A stretch of 64,000 bases of DNA from Raillietiella orientalis (Eukaryota). The DNA is taken from contig JAYWIR010000032.1 of the NCBI GenBank assembly GCA_036172245.1, positions 868,001 to 932,000 of the forward strand, written 5' to 3'. Positions 26,980 through 39,000 of the stretch are shown in pieces. A program made the position numbers and the translations under genes. Numbering within the stretch: position 1 is the first letter of the stretch; each line of letters begins with the position of its first letter. The notes under the pieces were generated by a model. It was not told the origin of the DNA and ran no database searches. It saw nothing but the letters and a program-made list of their open reading frames with translations.

Positions 26980-28330
26980 GAGAGCACACTGCACCTATGC
27001 AGGCAGCATGATGTCCTTGACTGACCTGACAGCTGACAACACGAGAACGGTAATCAAAGTTGCATTACAGGACTCACTGGGATTAAAAAACACACACACA
27101 CACACATCTGATCAACACAATATCGATTCTACCTGGAATACAATGGCAGAATCATATCGATACTGCGCTGAGCAACGGAAAATTAACATTCGGAGTTTTC
27201 CTGGCATCAACAGCCTTGAATCTCGTGTCCAGTTACTTAACGGTCATCGCCAACTGCGGTACTGTATCTCAGATTTTCTACGAAAGAAGAATGAATGGAG
27301 CAGAGATCATGATGCAGTTGAGATATTCCCTGAAGGGACACAAACTGATTTCCTGCTTCTTCCGAAAATATCAACCCTTGGAATCCCTCTATCCACAGAC
27401 ACTCTTTAGGTTCGCACCCGGTTACGCCGGGAAGCTTATTTTGGAAAAACGAAACAAACCACAAGTCAGAGGGCAATGCCAGAAAAAAGAAGTCTCTCTG
27501 GTTCAACACGGGCTCGCAAGACGGCTCACAAAAAGTAGGGAACGGAGGGCGGGGACAACAAATAAATAAATAAAAAAAAGATAGGAAGGTGGGGACAGGG
27601 GTCTTTGATTTGGGACATTCCTTGCTTTCTAGATGCGACTGTGGATGGTGGCGATCTCTCTGCCGACTTCTTCTGGCAAATGAGGTCACCTTGCTGCTGT
27701 ACTCATGAGGGTCACTGCCATGCTGGTGGCCTCCCTTCTCTTCAAACTTCATTCTAACACATGGCGGCGGGCTCTCACCATGGAGCTGATGCAACAGATC
27801 CTCGCCATCACAGCTCCCTTCTTCAGTCCGCTTTCTGCGAAGAAGCTCGCAGCAAGTCCGTTGCAACCAAATTTCCTGTGGTTGTCGGAGCGGCAGAGCG
27901 AGTCTCTGCCACAAGTCCTCGAGGGCACTGCAGTCCACGAACAGTTTGGGGAGGCAACTCCCCCAGAGACCAGGTGCTGCCTACGCTGGTGGCACTGGAA
28001 TCTCCAGTGCAGAAACAGCAGAACATCCTGTTTCCACCGGAGCGGGAACACGGAGGTGTCCACACACAGGGGAGGGACCACGAGTTCTTCAGGGAGGGAC
28101 TACCGAACAGGTCACTCCACCGAAGAAGTCCCTTTGCCCGGAAACGAGAGGTGGTGGTGTTCACCAGCTCCCTCGGTCTTGCAGCCGGCTAGGAGTTTCT
28201 CGACTCCTTCAGTTTTTCAGGACAACTTCCGCCCCTCCGGTTGGCTGCTGTCATTTCTTACCCTGAGGGCAGACAGCCCGCTGCAGCGAGGGGCGTGACG
28301 GCCAACCGGGAGCACGGAGTCCAATCCTGC
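26980..28330 (+). mobile_element. Decayed LINE ORF2 3' half (late RT domains to C-terminus)
   Basis: YRYCAEQRKINIRS (Y..ASGAKIN..KS-like), LGIPLS, RVTAMLVASLLFKL, and LRWWHWNL matching the LLLHW motif of the other copies. Confidence 0.45.
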
Positions 28331-29661
28331 AGGTGATCTTCCAGCGGTTTGAGTAGGAGACACTCTTTAGGTACAATTACATTTCTCCTTCGAATTTTCC
28401 ACTCTAAAGCGCGCTCCACCCAGTCTACTGTTTATTTCTGTGCAATCGCAAATTCAAAATTTCTAATATATCTCTTTCATTTTGTTCCCTCGCCAATGCT
28501 TTCAAGATGCCCTCAGTGCCATTTTGTGTCGCCTCACCTCCACTGCATACGCCTTTCATGAGAAAGCCATACCACAGCTTATGATTTGATGCTCCCTTTG
28601 CAGTTTTCATTTTACACCTTTCATGCCCCATGGGGATGGCCGCTGAAATCCCCCGACATTTCGAATTCAAAGCCCCAGTTCATGTCTAGTCAGAGGTCTG
28701 CGAAAATGTTCTCGATGCTTCCCCCCCCCCCCCTCTTTTCCTTTCCGATGACGTTCTCTCCACAATCTCGAGTCCTCCGGACCGATTTCGAAACTACTGG
28801 GACGGAAGCCATCAGTTCACTGGATGCAGTGTTTTTACGATGGATGCACGTTTTCTGACAACTGCCCACAGACGAATCAAAAGTCGGCAATAATTTTGTG
28901 GAAATTGATGTTTCCATTTAAGGATTCCATGTGACATTACCTGCTGTGGGAAGGATTCCAGCCCCCCCCCCCCGCCCCCCTCCCTGAGCATCTTCCACCT
29001 TTTTCATTCAAAGGCCATCAAAACCACGTGAGTGATAGTAACTTTCACGGTCGATTCCCTTGATGGAGTGGCGACTAGTAGTAGTGTCCCGTGAATGAAA
29101 TCCTAGTGCAATATGTGGTGGCAGATCACTCCTAAGCACCAGCTCCTCATCATACCCATCTTACCCAGCTCGACAGAAAGAAAAAAACCCACGAAGAAGC
29201 ACAAAACTACTCTTTCGCGAACTCGTTCAAGATTTTCAATACTCCCTGAGCCCATACGAACCTGAGGTCTGCGTTCGAACGATTTAAAAGGAACACAGGC
29301 CAAGTGAACTATCACCAAGGAAAAGTAACGTCCGTACTTGTAAGCATAAACCAAACAGCAGCATGCAATTTCGTGAGATTCAGTGAATGCATATCGATTG
29401 CTTCTAAACCGATTGAGGAGCTGCTCCGTGGAAAAATACACTTTCGCACTCACGAGAGCTTCATTTCGTGATCTCGCCAAAAGGCAGAGCAACGCTCCTC
29501 TTTTGTTTTTGTCTTTGAAAAAGAGCTCCGAGGCTTCTGACCACCCTCCATGGATTCGTTTCTTTCGTTATGCTTCATGCGTAAGGGTCACTTTCAAAAG
29601 TAACACCTGATAGACGAATTTCAGTCGCCAGATGAAATCAGTAACCAGCTACCGATGATTC

Positions 29662-29944
29662 TCGACATGCTACTACTCTGAGTGATTGCAGGAAGCGGAA
29701 GTGCAAACGGCAAACACCACGGCCGGCTGCGGCCGTGGGACCCCGCCGAGGGGTCGCGCCCTGCCGGGGTGTCCACGGCGCGCGCCCTTCGCCAGGGGAG
29801 TGCTGACGCCGACGGCCACGTCTTAAAACCGAAGTTCCGGTTGAGAGGGAAAAGTGGCCGACGACGAATGACCGACAACCGAAGGGGGAAACGTTCAAGA
29901 TTTCAGGCCTGTGGTAGTAAGTGGCGTCGCTCTTGGAGCCTTTT
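29662..29944. ncRNA. Candidate structured non-coding RNA or RNA element, family unidentified
   Basis: Nested helices including a linker-free three-way junction (29732-29779), further hairpins (29780-29803, 29813-29860), a closing stem (29663-29682 with 29902-29929) and TTTT at 29941-29944. See findings. Confidence 0.4.
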
Positions 29945-30142
29945 GTGCATCGAATGTTGCTGTTGACACGCCCCCGAAGCTTCGAACGCCGGTGCTCAAC
30001 CTTTCACTTCGAACAGTCTTCCAAGCCCAGGTTAACGATCAGGAATCGAAAAAAACGAAAGGGATTCCGTGTCTCGACATGTTCTCTTCGGTAAAAAAGA
30101 AAAAGGAAAAACCTCGGAAATGCAAAAACACTTACATCGCCT

Positions 30143-30148
30143 TTTATT
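30143..30148 (-). promoter_or_regulatory. Probable MED23 polyadenylation signal
   Basis: AATAAA on the - strand about 165 nt after the stop codon, followed by a GT/T-rich downstream element (GTGTTTTTG...TTTTTCCTTTTTCTTTTTT). Confidence 0.6.
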
Positions 30149-30310
30149 GGAAAAAATTTCCAGCGGTAATTATAGTGCAATCCAAATGATTGCGTCCTGC
30201 TAGCCTTTCTATAAGGGAACTCGATTTTTTTCGCTTGTGGCAATACACAACTGCCCAAAACAGTCGTAAAGCTTTTACAGACACTGCCAGGCCTCCAGCT
30301 TCATGCATGC

Positions 30311-33300
30311 TCAGCTTGTGATCTCCTCGGGACTGAGATGGCTAATGAACCTGAGTTTCATCTTCAAGGCAGGGCGCAGGTTCTTGATGAACTTCTCCAA
30401 CTCGCCTTTGATCGTGTCCCCTGTATACATGTACTTTATGTGATACCTGTTTGCACACGCTAAGGAAAAACTTGGCGCACGGGCAGTTTCTACCCTTCCC
30501 GACTACAAGTAAGGATACGCTACGTCACAGATTTCATCCATGTACCGAAGCTCCTGTCCTTTCTCAGCACACTTACGGTCAACTTGCTCCAGCATTTCGT
30601 ATAAAAGAAAAGTGAGCTCAAAAAGGTATCGTATTCGCTCAGTGTGGAATCTTTGAAGAAAGGGGGCAACTAGATGGAAGACGAAAATCAGCTGATGTTC
30701 ATTCTGAAGTATGGGCAACACGGATTCTTGAAGGAATCTAGCAACAGATAAATACTTCGGACGTGCTGCACACTTACCTGGGAAGATGACATAACTGTCC
30801 AATAACACCATGGTGCCAAAATGAATGTGCCAGTGCCAACATGTACGCATAACGTGTGCAGTAGAACGTATTATGGATCTGATAGAAATCAAACAGCTGG
30901 AATGCAGGTGGCTTTTCATCAGGGTTACATAAAATATCGCTCTGCAATGCATCTACTATCACATCTTGAATAACCATCCAAAATGGTTCAGGGAGCATCA
31001 TCAAGATCAACCCAATAGCATTGATCCAGCACTCTATTTTGTCATGGGGCAACACCAGATGACTTGAAACAAATAAATTAGACAGTACATTTAAAACACA
31101 GTAATACCCTTTGAGCACTACATCTAGAATGTTTCTGCCAACCACATCTGGAGTGACATTGAGTGTCATCAGTTCTACACAGGTCACATGCAGTGCATGA
31201 GCTGCCATGTTTGAGAACTCGCTAAACCTCCAATCTGATTTGGGGAACACGGGTTTTTCGTCAATTGCTGGCAAGTGATGGTCAAAAAAGCCGAATTAGG
31301 GTATGAGCACATACTGTCTACTAATCGTTGCACCAGCATTATGTAATAATCCAGACCAGGTCTCCACATGGCCACATCCTCCAAGCTCTGGTCCAAATGC
31401 ATCTGAAACACCTCGCTAACAGCCCAACTGGGAGGCTGCACTCCCTTCTGTGCAGCCAGTACAGTGGCTACTAATTTTAAACGATGTGAATGCTTGTTGA
31501 GTAAACGCCTTTCATAGTAGTGCAGCGTGTTATACAAAAAAGTGATGGGGCGATCTGTTACCCACAAATGAAGGAAGTCTCTCACAAAGTTGCACATTAC
31601 CATGAAATTTGTAAAGCTGGCCCAAGTTATCCAATAAAGGTTCCAGAAGTTTGAGTACTACATCCACTTCAAAATACCGATGGAGCAGAATGTCCAGAAC
31701 AGGAAGGAAACGCAAGCACACATTACCAAAATAAATTGGCAACAGTCCTGTTGAATTGGGCTCTGCAGGATTCTCTGGATTGAATGTCTCAGGAAATTTC
31801 ATATGATAAGCCAAGTGTTTTTCATGCCTGCACACCAGCGTTTTGCACACATTATATAAAAAATTACACTTGTTACCAGTTGCTCTGCCTCCAATGGTCA
31901 GGGCTACATTCTCGAGTAAACTCAACAACTCTCTGCTGCAGTTCATTGCATTTAAGCAGCAAAAACTGGATTATAAGAAAGCATACTTGAGCCTCGCCAC
32001 CTTCGTTATTGCGAAGCACCAAAGTTAAAATCAGGCGGTCAATGGCCAAGATGTTATGCTTCCAGATAAGAGTGTTCACAGCATCAATACATCTGTTAAC
32101 CTTTTGGCTATCACCGCTTCCAGCTAACTCATTCACAAAATAGTCACAAAAAGTACGCAGATGGATGGCAAGAGAGCGAGGACCCAAGCGTTCCAGCACC
32201 CTAAGAAACTGTCTATTACCAATGTGAGTAAGTAAGGTCCACTTACTTGTAGACTACTGGGCTGAGGTGATCAGTCTCCATAATCATCTTCCACAGGATA
32301 CATAAAAACAAAGGAGGAGTGCCCATCAATGAGAAGTGAGCAACTAAATCTGTTTCACTGCTCATTGAGATCCACTTTCGGTACTCTTCATCCACAGCTT
32401 TCTGATCAACAGGTTGTGATTTATCTAAATATTTTCACCCACCTTGAGCTGCTGCTTGTTTTCTCGGGACACTGAGAATTCCTGATAGAAGTCGGAAAGA
32501 ATTGTTGGGAAGCACTTTAGTGTGTGTGATGCCCAGCTGTGTGGAGTGTGCTGCATAACTGCTGCAAGAACATCTCGATGCCAAGTGGTTCCTAGTGCCT
32601 GAGCACTGGTGATATGTAGAGCTCTGGCAATAGTAAGCACAAAAGCCCTATTTAATTCCTCAGATTCAGCTGACACCAGGCTGTTGACTTCTACCATAAC
32701 ACGGGACAACTGGGGTTGCAATTCTGCACTTCCAAGTCCCAAAATGAGCCTTAAAGCAGTATTTTCAACACTGAAATAAACACATTCATATAAGATTCTA
32801 TTTTGATCTGATGTAAGTTACTGGGAAAATGGCTACATGACAGCTGAATGCACTACACACCACTGGGTGACATATGTGTAACCCTTAACAAAAACAAATC
32901 TGTAAGTGAATCTCACAGAAAATGACTTTCAGAAGGCTTTACAGCAAGTTACAAAATTTACCAGAAAGCTTAGGAATACAAGGAACTGTTTAGGAGATTT
33001 TCTACTGAAAGGAACTATTTCAGTTGTGGTATCCAATAACAATGAGAGCAATTGTCATAATACTTGTAAGGATACAAGATTCATAAAGAGAACAATTTGG
33101 TTCTGAATTTCAAGTCCCCCAGAACTTAAAAACTTCATCCCAAATAAGTGCCAAACAAATTTGATTCATCATAAGCGTTTGAATTAGAGATATTAAAGCA
33201 ATACAATTAAAACTACCACTTGGCAAATATGAAAGGAAAAAATGAATACACAAAATGGAATGCATAGGAATGAAGTGCTAAGGCAGGCAAATCATATTTG

Positions 33301-36097
33301 AAAATTCTTTGTGAATAACAATGTGTATAGTGTTGCAAAATACAATTAGGTGGTCCCAAGGAAAACTCTTGGATCATTGACACTTACCATAAGTGCAACT
33401 GAGTTTGATTAGTTTGTGGCACTGTAGCCAAACTGTGCAAATGTGACAACAGTTGTATCCGATAGTGTGGCTGAATGTGATGCAAACGATAGCTGAACAT
33501 TTCAAGCAGGGTATGCAGTATGCCCCAAGCCTGGGCCTTGAAGACGCTGGGTAACAGCTGACCTGATAAGAATACCAAAATTAAATTTTCTTTTCCTTCT
33601 CTCTCACGAACTGATAAAGCCTTTGATTCCCAAAGACTCAATTTCCATGTAAACCAACAGGCGGCTATATGTCTCAATTAAGGATGGTGCCAAAGCTGGA
33701 GAACTTGTAGAGTGAGTCATCTTAGCAATGTATGCAACAAGGCTATGAATAAGACTCATTTTTGAGTGAACAGTTAAGCTATCCAGCATTTCCATGGACA
33801 ATGGTACATAGGAACCATTTGCTGCACAGCTTACTCCAGGCATAGGAGTTTGTGTTTTCTGAGAACCATGTGCCATATCCACCAGCATAGCCATTGGACG
33901 CTGAAAGTATTCACTGGTTGTGGAATATGCATTACACAGCACTGCCACTGTATAGTCACAGCTTGATGTAGCAGACAAAGAGGAGGAAAGATGCTGCAAC
34001 AGACTGACAAAACCATGGAATGTGATGACTGTGAATCTCACTCATAGTGATGCCTCAAGATATGAGGAATATAAGTCGCACTGTCAAGCTGTGCCTTTCG
34101 CAGCAGATGAATCCAAATGCTTACAGGTGCCAACTGGTGTGTACTGTGATAACTGCAAAGATCTGGAACTGGCAATGGCTCTTTTTCCTGGTAAAGAAGT
34201 TCGTACAACTTCAGCACAGGAAAGAAATCTTTAAGCTTTAAAAGAACATTGTAATTGCACATAACGCCTTTGTTCCAACTCACTGTATTTTTCTGAATGC
34301 TGCCAGAAATGAACTGCAGCAGAACCCACATCAACTGGTCCCGTCCCCGGAATAAAGAGCGCTGTTCCAACTTTAAAAAAGACCTCGATTCTTGATATTC
34401 TGAATATTAGCCTACCTTTTCATGAAGACTAAGCATAATATGAGGAAAAGAGACAAACTGGAAGAGCACAAAGTAAATGAGCTGTGAGGACAAGTGCTGC
34501 CAGTGGCTTTGGGAAGCACCTTCCTCCCCGTATTCTTCATATGCTTCCATTGCAGCTACCAGTGCTTCTACCATTTGCTTTTCCAAAGCAGGGCAACGTT
34601 CTTTTTGCTGAGAAGAAGCATTCAAATCATGTGAAGAAAACAAACAAACAAACAAACAGAATACCTGCTTTTGTAGCCCAAGCATAGCACAAACCAAGTC
34701 TCTTGAAAAGGGCTGAACTAGTACATATTTCAGTAGGCGTTCCTGAGGTTCCAGAAGTTTGTGATTGTAAGGTAGGTTGCCTTTCAGAGACAGGCGTAAG
34801 CTTCCTATCTCCAACTTCCAAGAGTTCATAGAAGTGATTCCCACGCTCACATTTTCCACAATAGGAAATAACCATGTACGACCAATCACAGAGAGCATTT
34901 GTGCCACATGGCGGAAACTCTCGATTAACTTCACTACATATGGCATAATTTGCTAAGAACCAGGTTGACAGTACAAACAGGGAACAACCTACCCAATGTG
35001 TGGAAAGTGGTTTCTCATGATTGATCTTATACACCTCATTAACAATGAAATATGCAGGTAAGAGGCATGAATTGCGATCAAAGATAGTTGCTACTAACTG
35101 CTTAAGTGCCTCCAATCTTGGCATGAGACATACATTGAACTGGGCTGGAAACAAGGTGCTTTTTTCTAAAACAATCTAAGGATATAAGGCATTGATCAAA
35201 CATGTATGAGGCATTAATCATCTCACTTTCATGATTTCCCTAACTCCTTTATAATCCACATCAGCAATGACCTTCTGAATAAATCTGAATGAACCAACCC
35301 AGAAGAATTCATTAGTGTACACAAGATTTGGATCAGCAAGAAGAGCATCACACACACTCCTATAAGACACCACATGTAAACAATCTTAGAATAGCAGTCC
35401 TAACAACAATGCAATTAATACAAACAAATTCTTACTTAGCCTGTATGACATTTGATTTAACTAATATAAACAGCTGTTCAAAAAGTATATTGGAATCAGA
35501 CGATTTTGTTTGATGTGATAAGATCTGGATGAAATGCTTGAGAGCAAGTTCACTCTGCTCCCTTGAGCAGCCAGACAGTAATGCTCTCAACTCTTTAATT
35601 AGAGTTTTCAGAGACTGAATATTGTCCTCTGACTTATAGAAGAGGTATCCAGGAAATGCTTCCTCCAAGGTACTGGGTTTCTACAAGTAATTAAAACAGC
35701 AGGTTGTTAATGATCTACAAGATCTGTTTTTCAGTGTTATTAAAGTACCATAAAATCGTGGTCACTAACAGTAAAAGATTTTCCAGAAATGAAAAGAAAA
35801 TTACATCAACATGAAAAGCTGCCGATAATTGCATAATACATGCCATCTAAAGTGATATGCGTCTAACACACTAAAACTTTACACATTTCTAATGACATTT
35901 TGAATATTCTGGCTAAATGCATAAAAGGACATTTTGATAAGGAACGACGAACTGCGGCAGACCTAATTGACTAAATGCTTAAAAGTCACTACACTACTGA
36001 CACTTTCTACAGCAGATACAAGAAATATAACAAAGGAACTTACCAATGCTTCACTAATCAGGCGATTAATCTTTACATCCAATGTTGGACTAGACAT
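30311..36097 (-). CDS. MED23: Mediator of RNA polymerase II transcription subunit 23, complete, 19 coding exons, ~1338 aa
   Basis: Peptides match MED23 along its length (EEAFPG, CLLPAYF, WQHLSSQLIYFVLFQF, GRDQLMWVLLQFISGSIQKN, LDSLTVHSKMSLIHS, YSRLLVYMEIESLGIKGFI, SAESEELNRA, LPIYFGNVCLRFLPV, AHALHVTCVELM, YHIKYMYTGD). Phase-consistent GT-AG exons read by hand: 36044-36097, 35436-35680, 35227-35359, 34993-35175, 34665-34952, 34416-34607, 34284-34370, 34042-34235, 33612-34003, 33388-33562, 32443-32770, 32247-32401, 31877-32200, 31601-31827, 31315-31554, 31108-31267, 30778-31062, 30519-30737, 30311-30446. They total 4017 nt, from ATG at 36097 to TGA at 30311. Confidence 0.97.
30447..30518 (-). 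other. U12-type (minor spliceosome) GT-AG intron, last intron of MED23, 72 nt
   Basis: The 5' splice site is GTATCCTTAC (U12 consensus RTATCCTT). The branch site TTTTTCCTTAG lies about 12 nt upstream of the AG, with no polypyrimidine tract. Removal joins ICDVA to YHIKYMYTG in frame. Confidence 0.9.
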
Positions 36098-39000
36098 TGT
36101 TCCAATATTCGAAAAGATTTGCGTGAAGTTTAATCCTCTACATGTTCACAAATTTTATGATATCGAACAAATGAGGCAAACCAAATAGTGGTAACATTCG
36201 TTCAACAACAAAACTTAGTAATTCATTACCACTCACAAACTGAGAAAATCTTGGAGTTTAAAGGACCTTCCTCAGTTTTCACTCTCGTTTCATAACAAGC
36301 ATTTCATGTGCATATATCAGTTAAATAAACAAAAATGCTACACAACTTCTGCAAAGTCTTACATGATCAAACTTTATTACACATTATTAGGTTCATCATA
36401 CTCTATTCACGTAAATAGCCTCAATGTCATTTTTTGACGGCTTTAAAGATGCAAACTTGAGTACTACAGGCAGATCAAAATTCATGGGAACCAATTCAAA
36501 ACAATGGATTCTCATCGTTACATGCATTACCACTCAAGAACCAATTTGAAACCCCAACAAAAATAGAGGTTCGGTAGCATTGCCAAGGTATGCAAAGATT
36601 TTATTTTCATTATTTACTGTACTTCGTTAATATTTGCATTCCACACTTCCAAAGCAGAGTTGTTTACTTTTCTACATATTGTAAGCATATTTATTGTCAA
36701 TCTTTTAATCTTATTCTCAGATAAGATACCTGCTACGCGAAAGAAAAACAAGTACTACTAAAATGCACTACTAGTACGAAAGATTTCCGATCAATCGCCT
36801 CTTCGATTGACAAAAAAATAGCTGATAAGTCTTCTCAAAGACTATGCAAATATCGGTGCCGATACTCTGATGCGTATTTATGTAAGCCAATATTAAAGTT
36901 CACTGGTAATAGCTTTTGTTATTCTTTGCAATATTGAAATGCTTTTGCATACAATTGAAAACAATATCTTCACGGTATTGTCCATTGTCCACTAACATAT
37001 TGTGAAACTGGCACAAGTTATCTTCTAATTTTACACTGAATGGTTGGAATCTTGAACCTTAAAACCGATCAGTTTATTACAAATGCAGCTCTGCCTCGGA
37101 TAATTATGCTTGGTATCTTGACATCATAGCTTCTAATGCGTACTTACTGTATAGTTAAAAAATATTTAACTATTTGCCAGTCAGTAGGAAAACCCGCTCT
37201 CTGACTGTATTCATCTCTAGGAATGAACTCTTTACCTCGAATATGTCGCAATTTTTAGCTGAATTGTAGATGTGCAATAATGGCTTCCCTTTTTTGATTC
37301 ACTATCAAATTAATAGTTCACGATATTTCCACTTCCCCAATCCATTTCATAAATGCAGCTTTGAGTGATTTCAGTAATTAATCTGATTCTGTTTTCCTTT
37401 GTCTTGCTTGCCATCAGTTCTGTTACGTGAATTCAGTTTATGTGATCACAGTTCTTGGTTGATCCATTCAATGCACCTTTTATCTTTGTCACTTATTTAG
37501 ACGATCTTCCAAATTCTGGATAGTTTTTTGCCTGTCAGATCAATCTTAAAAAAATGCACATGAGAAACAGCTGTTTTTACAATGACTTTTAAGAATAGGA
37601 GATCTTGAATCAATGATGCGTGAATGACTCTCACTTTTGTTTTTCATTTCGTATGATTCTTGCTTTCGGAGAATAAAATTTCTTATGTGATAGGCATTTT
37701 TTTTTTTTATGACTTCAGTTAATGCTCAGTCTCATTTTCAAACACTCTGATTATGTTTCTTTATTTTGTGGCAGTTATTGACAGTTTTCTTTCTTTTGGG
37801 GCATGCAAACTTCATCACTTTTTTGTTGCAGGTCCTCTGATTTAAGGCTGGATGATGTGTTGAACGGTACGCACATGCATTTTGATTAATGCCCGATTCT
37901 AATCCTCATTTAATGTTTTCATGAATCGAAAAAACATTGCACGACTTACATTTTTTTTATGTGAATTATCAGGTAATTCGGAAATCTTTTGCATTCATTG
38001 CATAGCATTCCAAGCTGCCCTGTTTATTAATTGCAAATGCCAAATTATCAGTTGTTTGCAAAACAAAGAACAGACTCTTTAAAAAAGGAAAAAAAAACAC
38101 ACACACAATTATTCACACTGTTATCAGTGTTTATCATCGGAGATTTGGCCGAGATGTGGAACAATATTTTAAAAAATGCAGTAATCTTTCAGTCGACATC
38201 CATTCGCCCGTTATCTAACGTATTCCTGCTCCATTCTTTGGGGTCTCCTGTTTTCCCATTTGGAACGATTTCCATTGCCATGGTAAGCTGAGGTGAACTT
38301 GGATTTCGTATCCACATCGACTTCAGCAGAAAGGGAAGAGGAAACTTCGGCAATTCCCCGGCCACAGGCGAAGGAAATCATCCCATCTTGGAAACGCGCA
38401 AAGAAACATCGGTCAGGAGTGAGGGAATGAACGTAACCAGGAGAACGAAACAGCCTAATTGTGAGTCTGAGAAAAAAAAGCAAACAAACAAAAACAAGCG
38501 TCTTCCTAAGTGTTTGTTTTTCCGTTCATCTGCCCGATTCCATGTGGCTCGGTGAGCCGCGATAAGCAGAAGGGAATTCTCGTTCGAGGCAGCCTCCCAA
38601 GTCACTCTCAACCGCTGACGGACCCATTTGTGTTGAGTGCACCAAATTTCCTAAATTCAGTAATCTGCGTGCTGGGAGAAGAGATAAAATGGCATACCAC
38701 TATTTAAGGATTAGAAGTCCTTGAAGTTATCTCTGGAATTCTCCATTTCCAAAGATTCTACTTTGACGAACTGAAGCCGGAGCGTTGAACATATTGCATT
38801 GATGAGGTGTGGACACTGACGACACCTTCGTTCGTGAAGGGATCTTCCTGCTAAAGCCTGGTTTATCTTGCTTACTTACCCGCTGTCGTTTCCTTTTTTT
38901 TCTTTTCTTCCTTTTTTTCCCCGTAGTCCCCGCAGGTTTTCCGCACTTGGGCCACGCGCCATGATTTAAGTTCACTGATTTAAAGCAAGAGAATCCGGAA

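Noticed and set aside
29600..30000. Telomerase RNA, RNase P/MRP, SRP, 7SK or C/D snoRNA identity for the structured element
   Set aside because: There is no CCTAAC-type template, GGAAGGTCTGAG/GGAAAGTCCCC motif, SRP helix-8 motif or GATC pair. The 10-nt complement to 28S rRNA (AACCAGCTAC) is not positioned at a canonical D box and is expected by chance.
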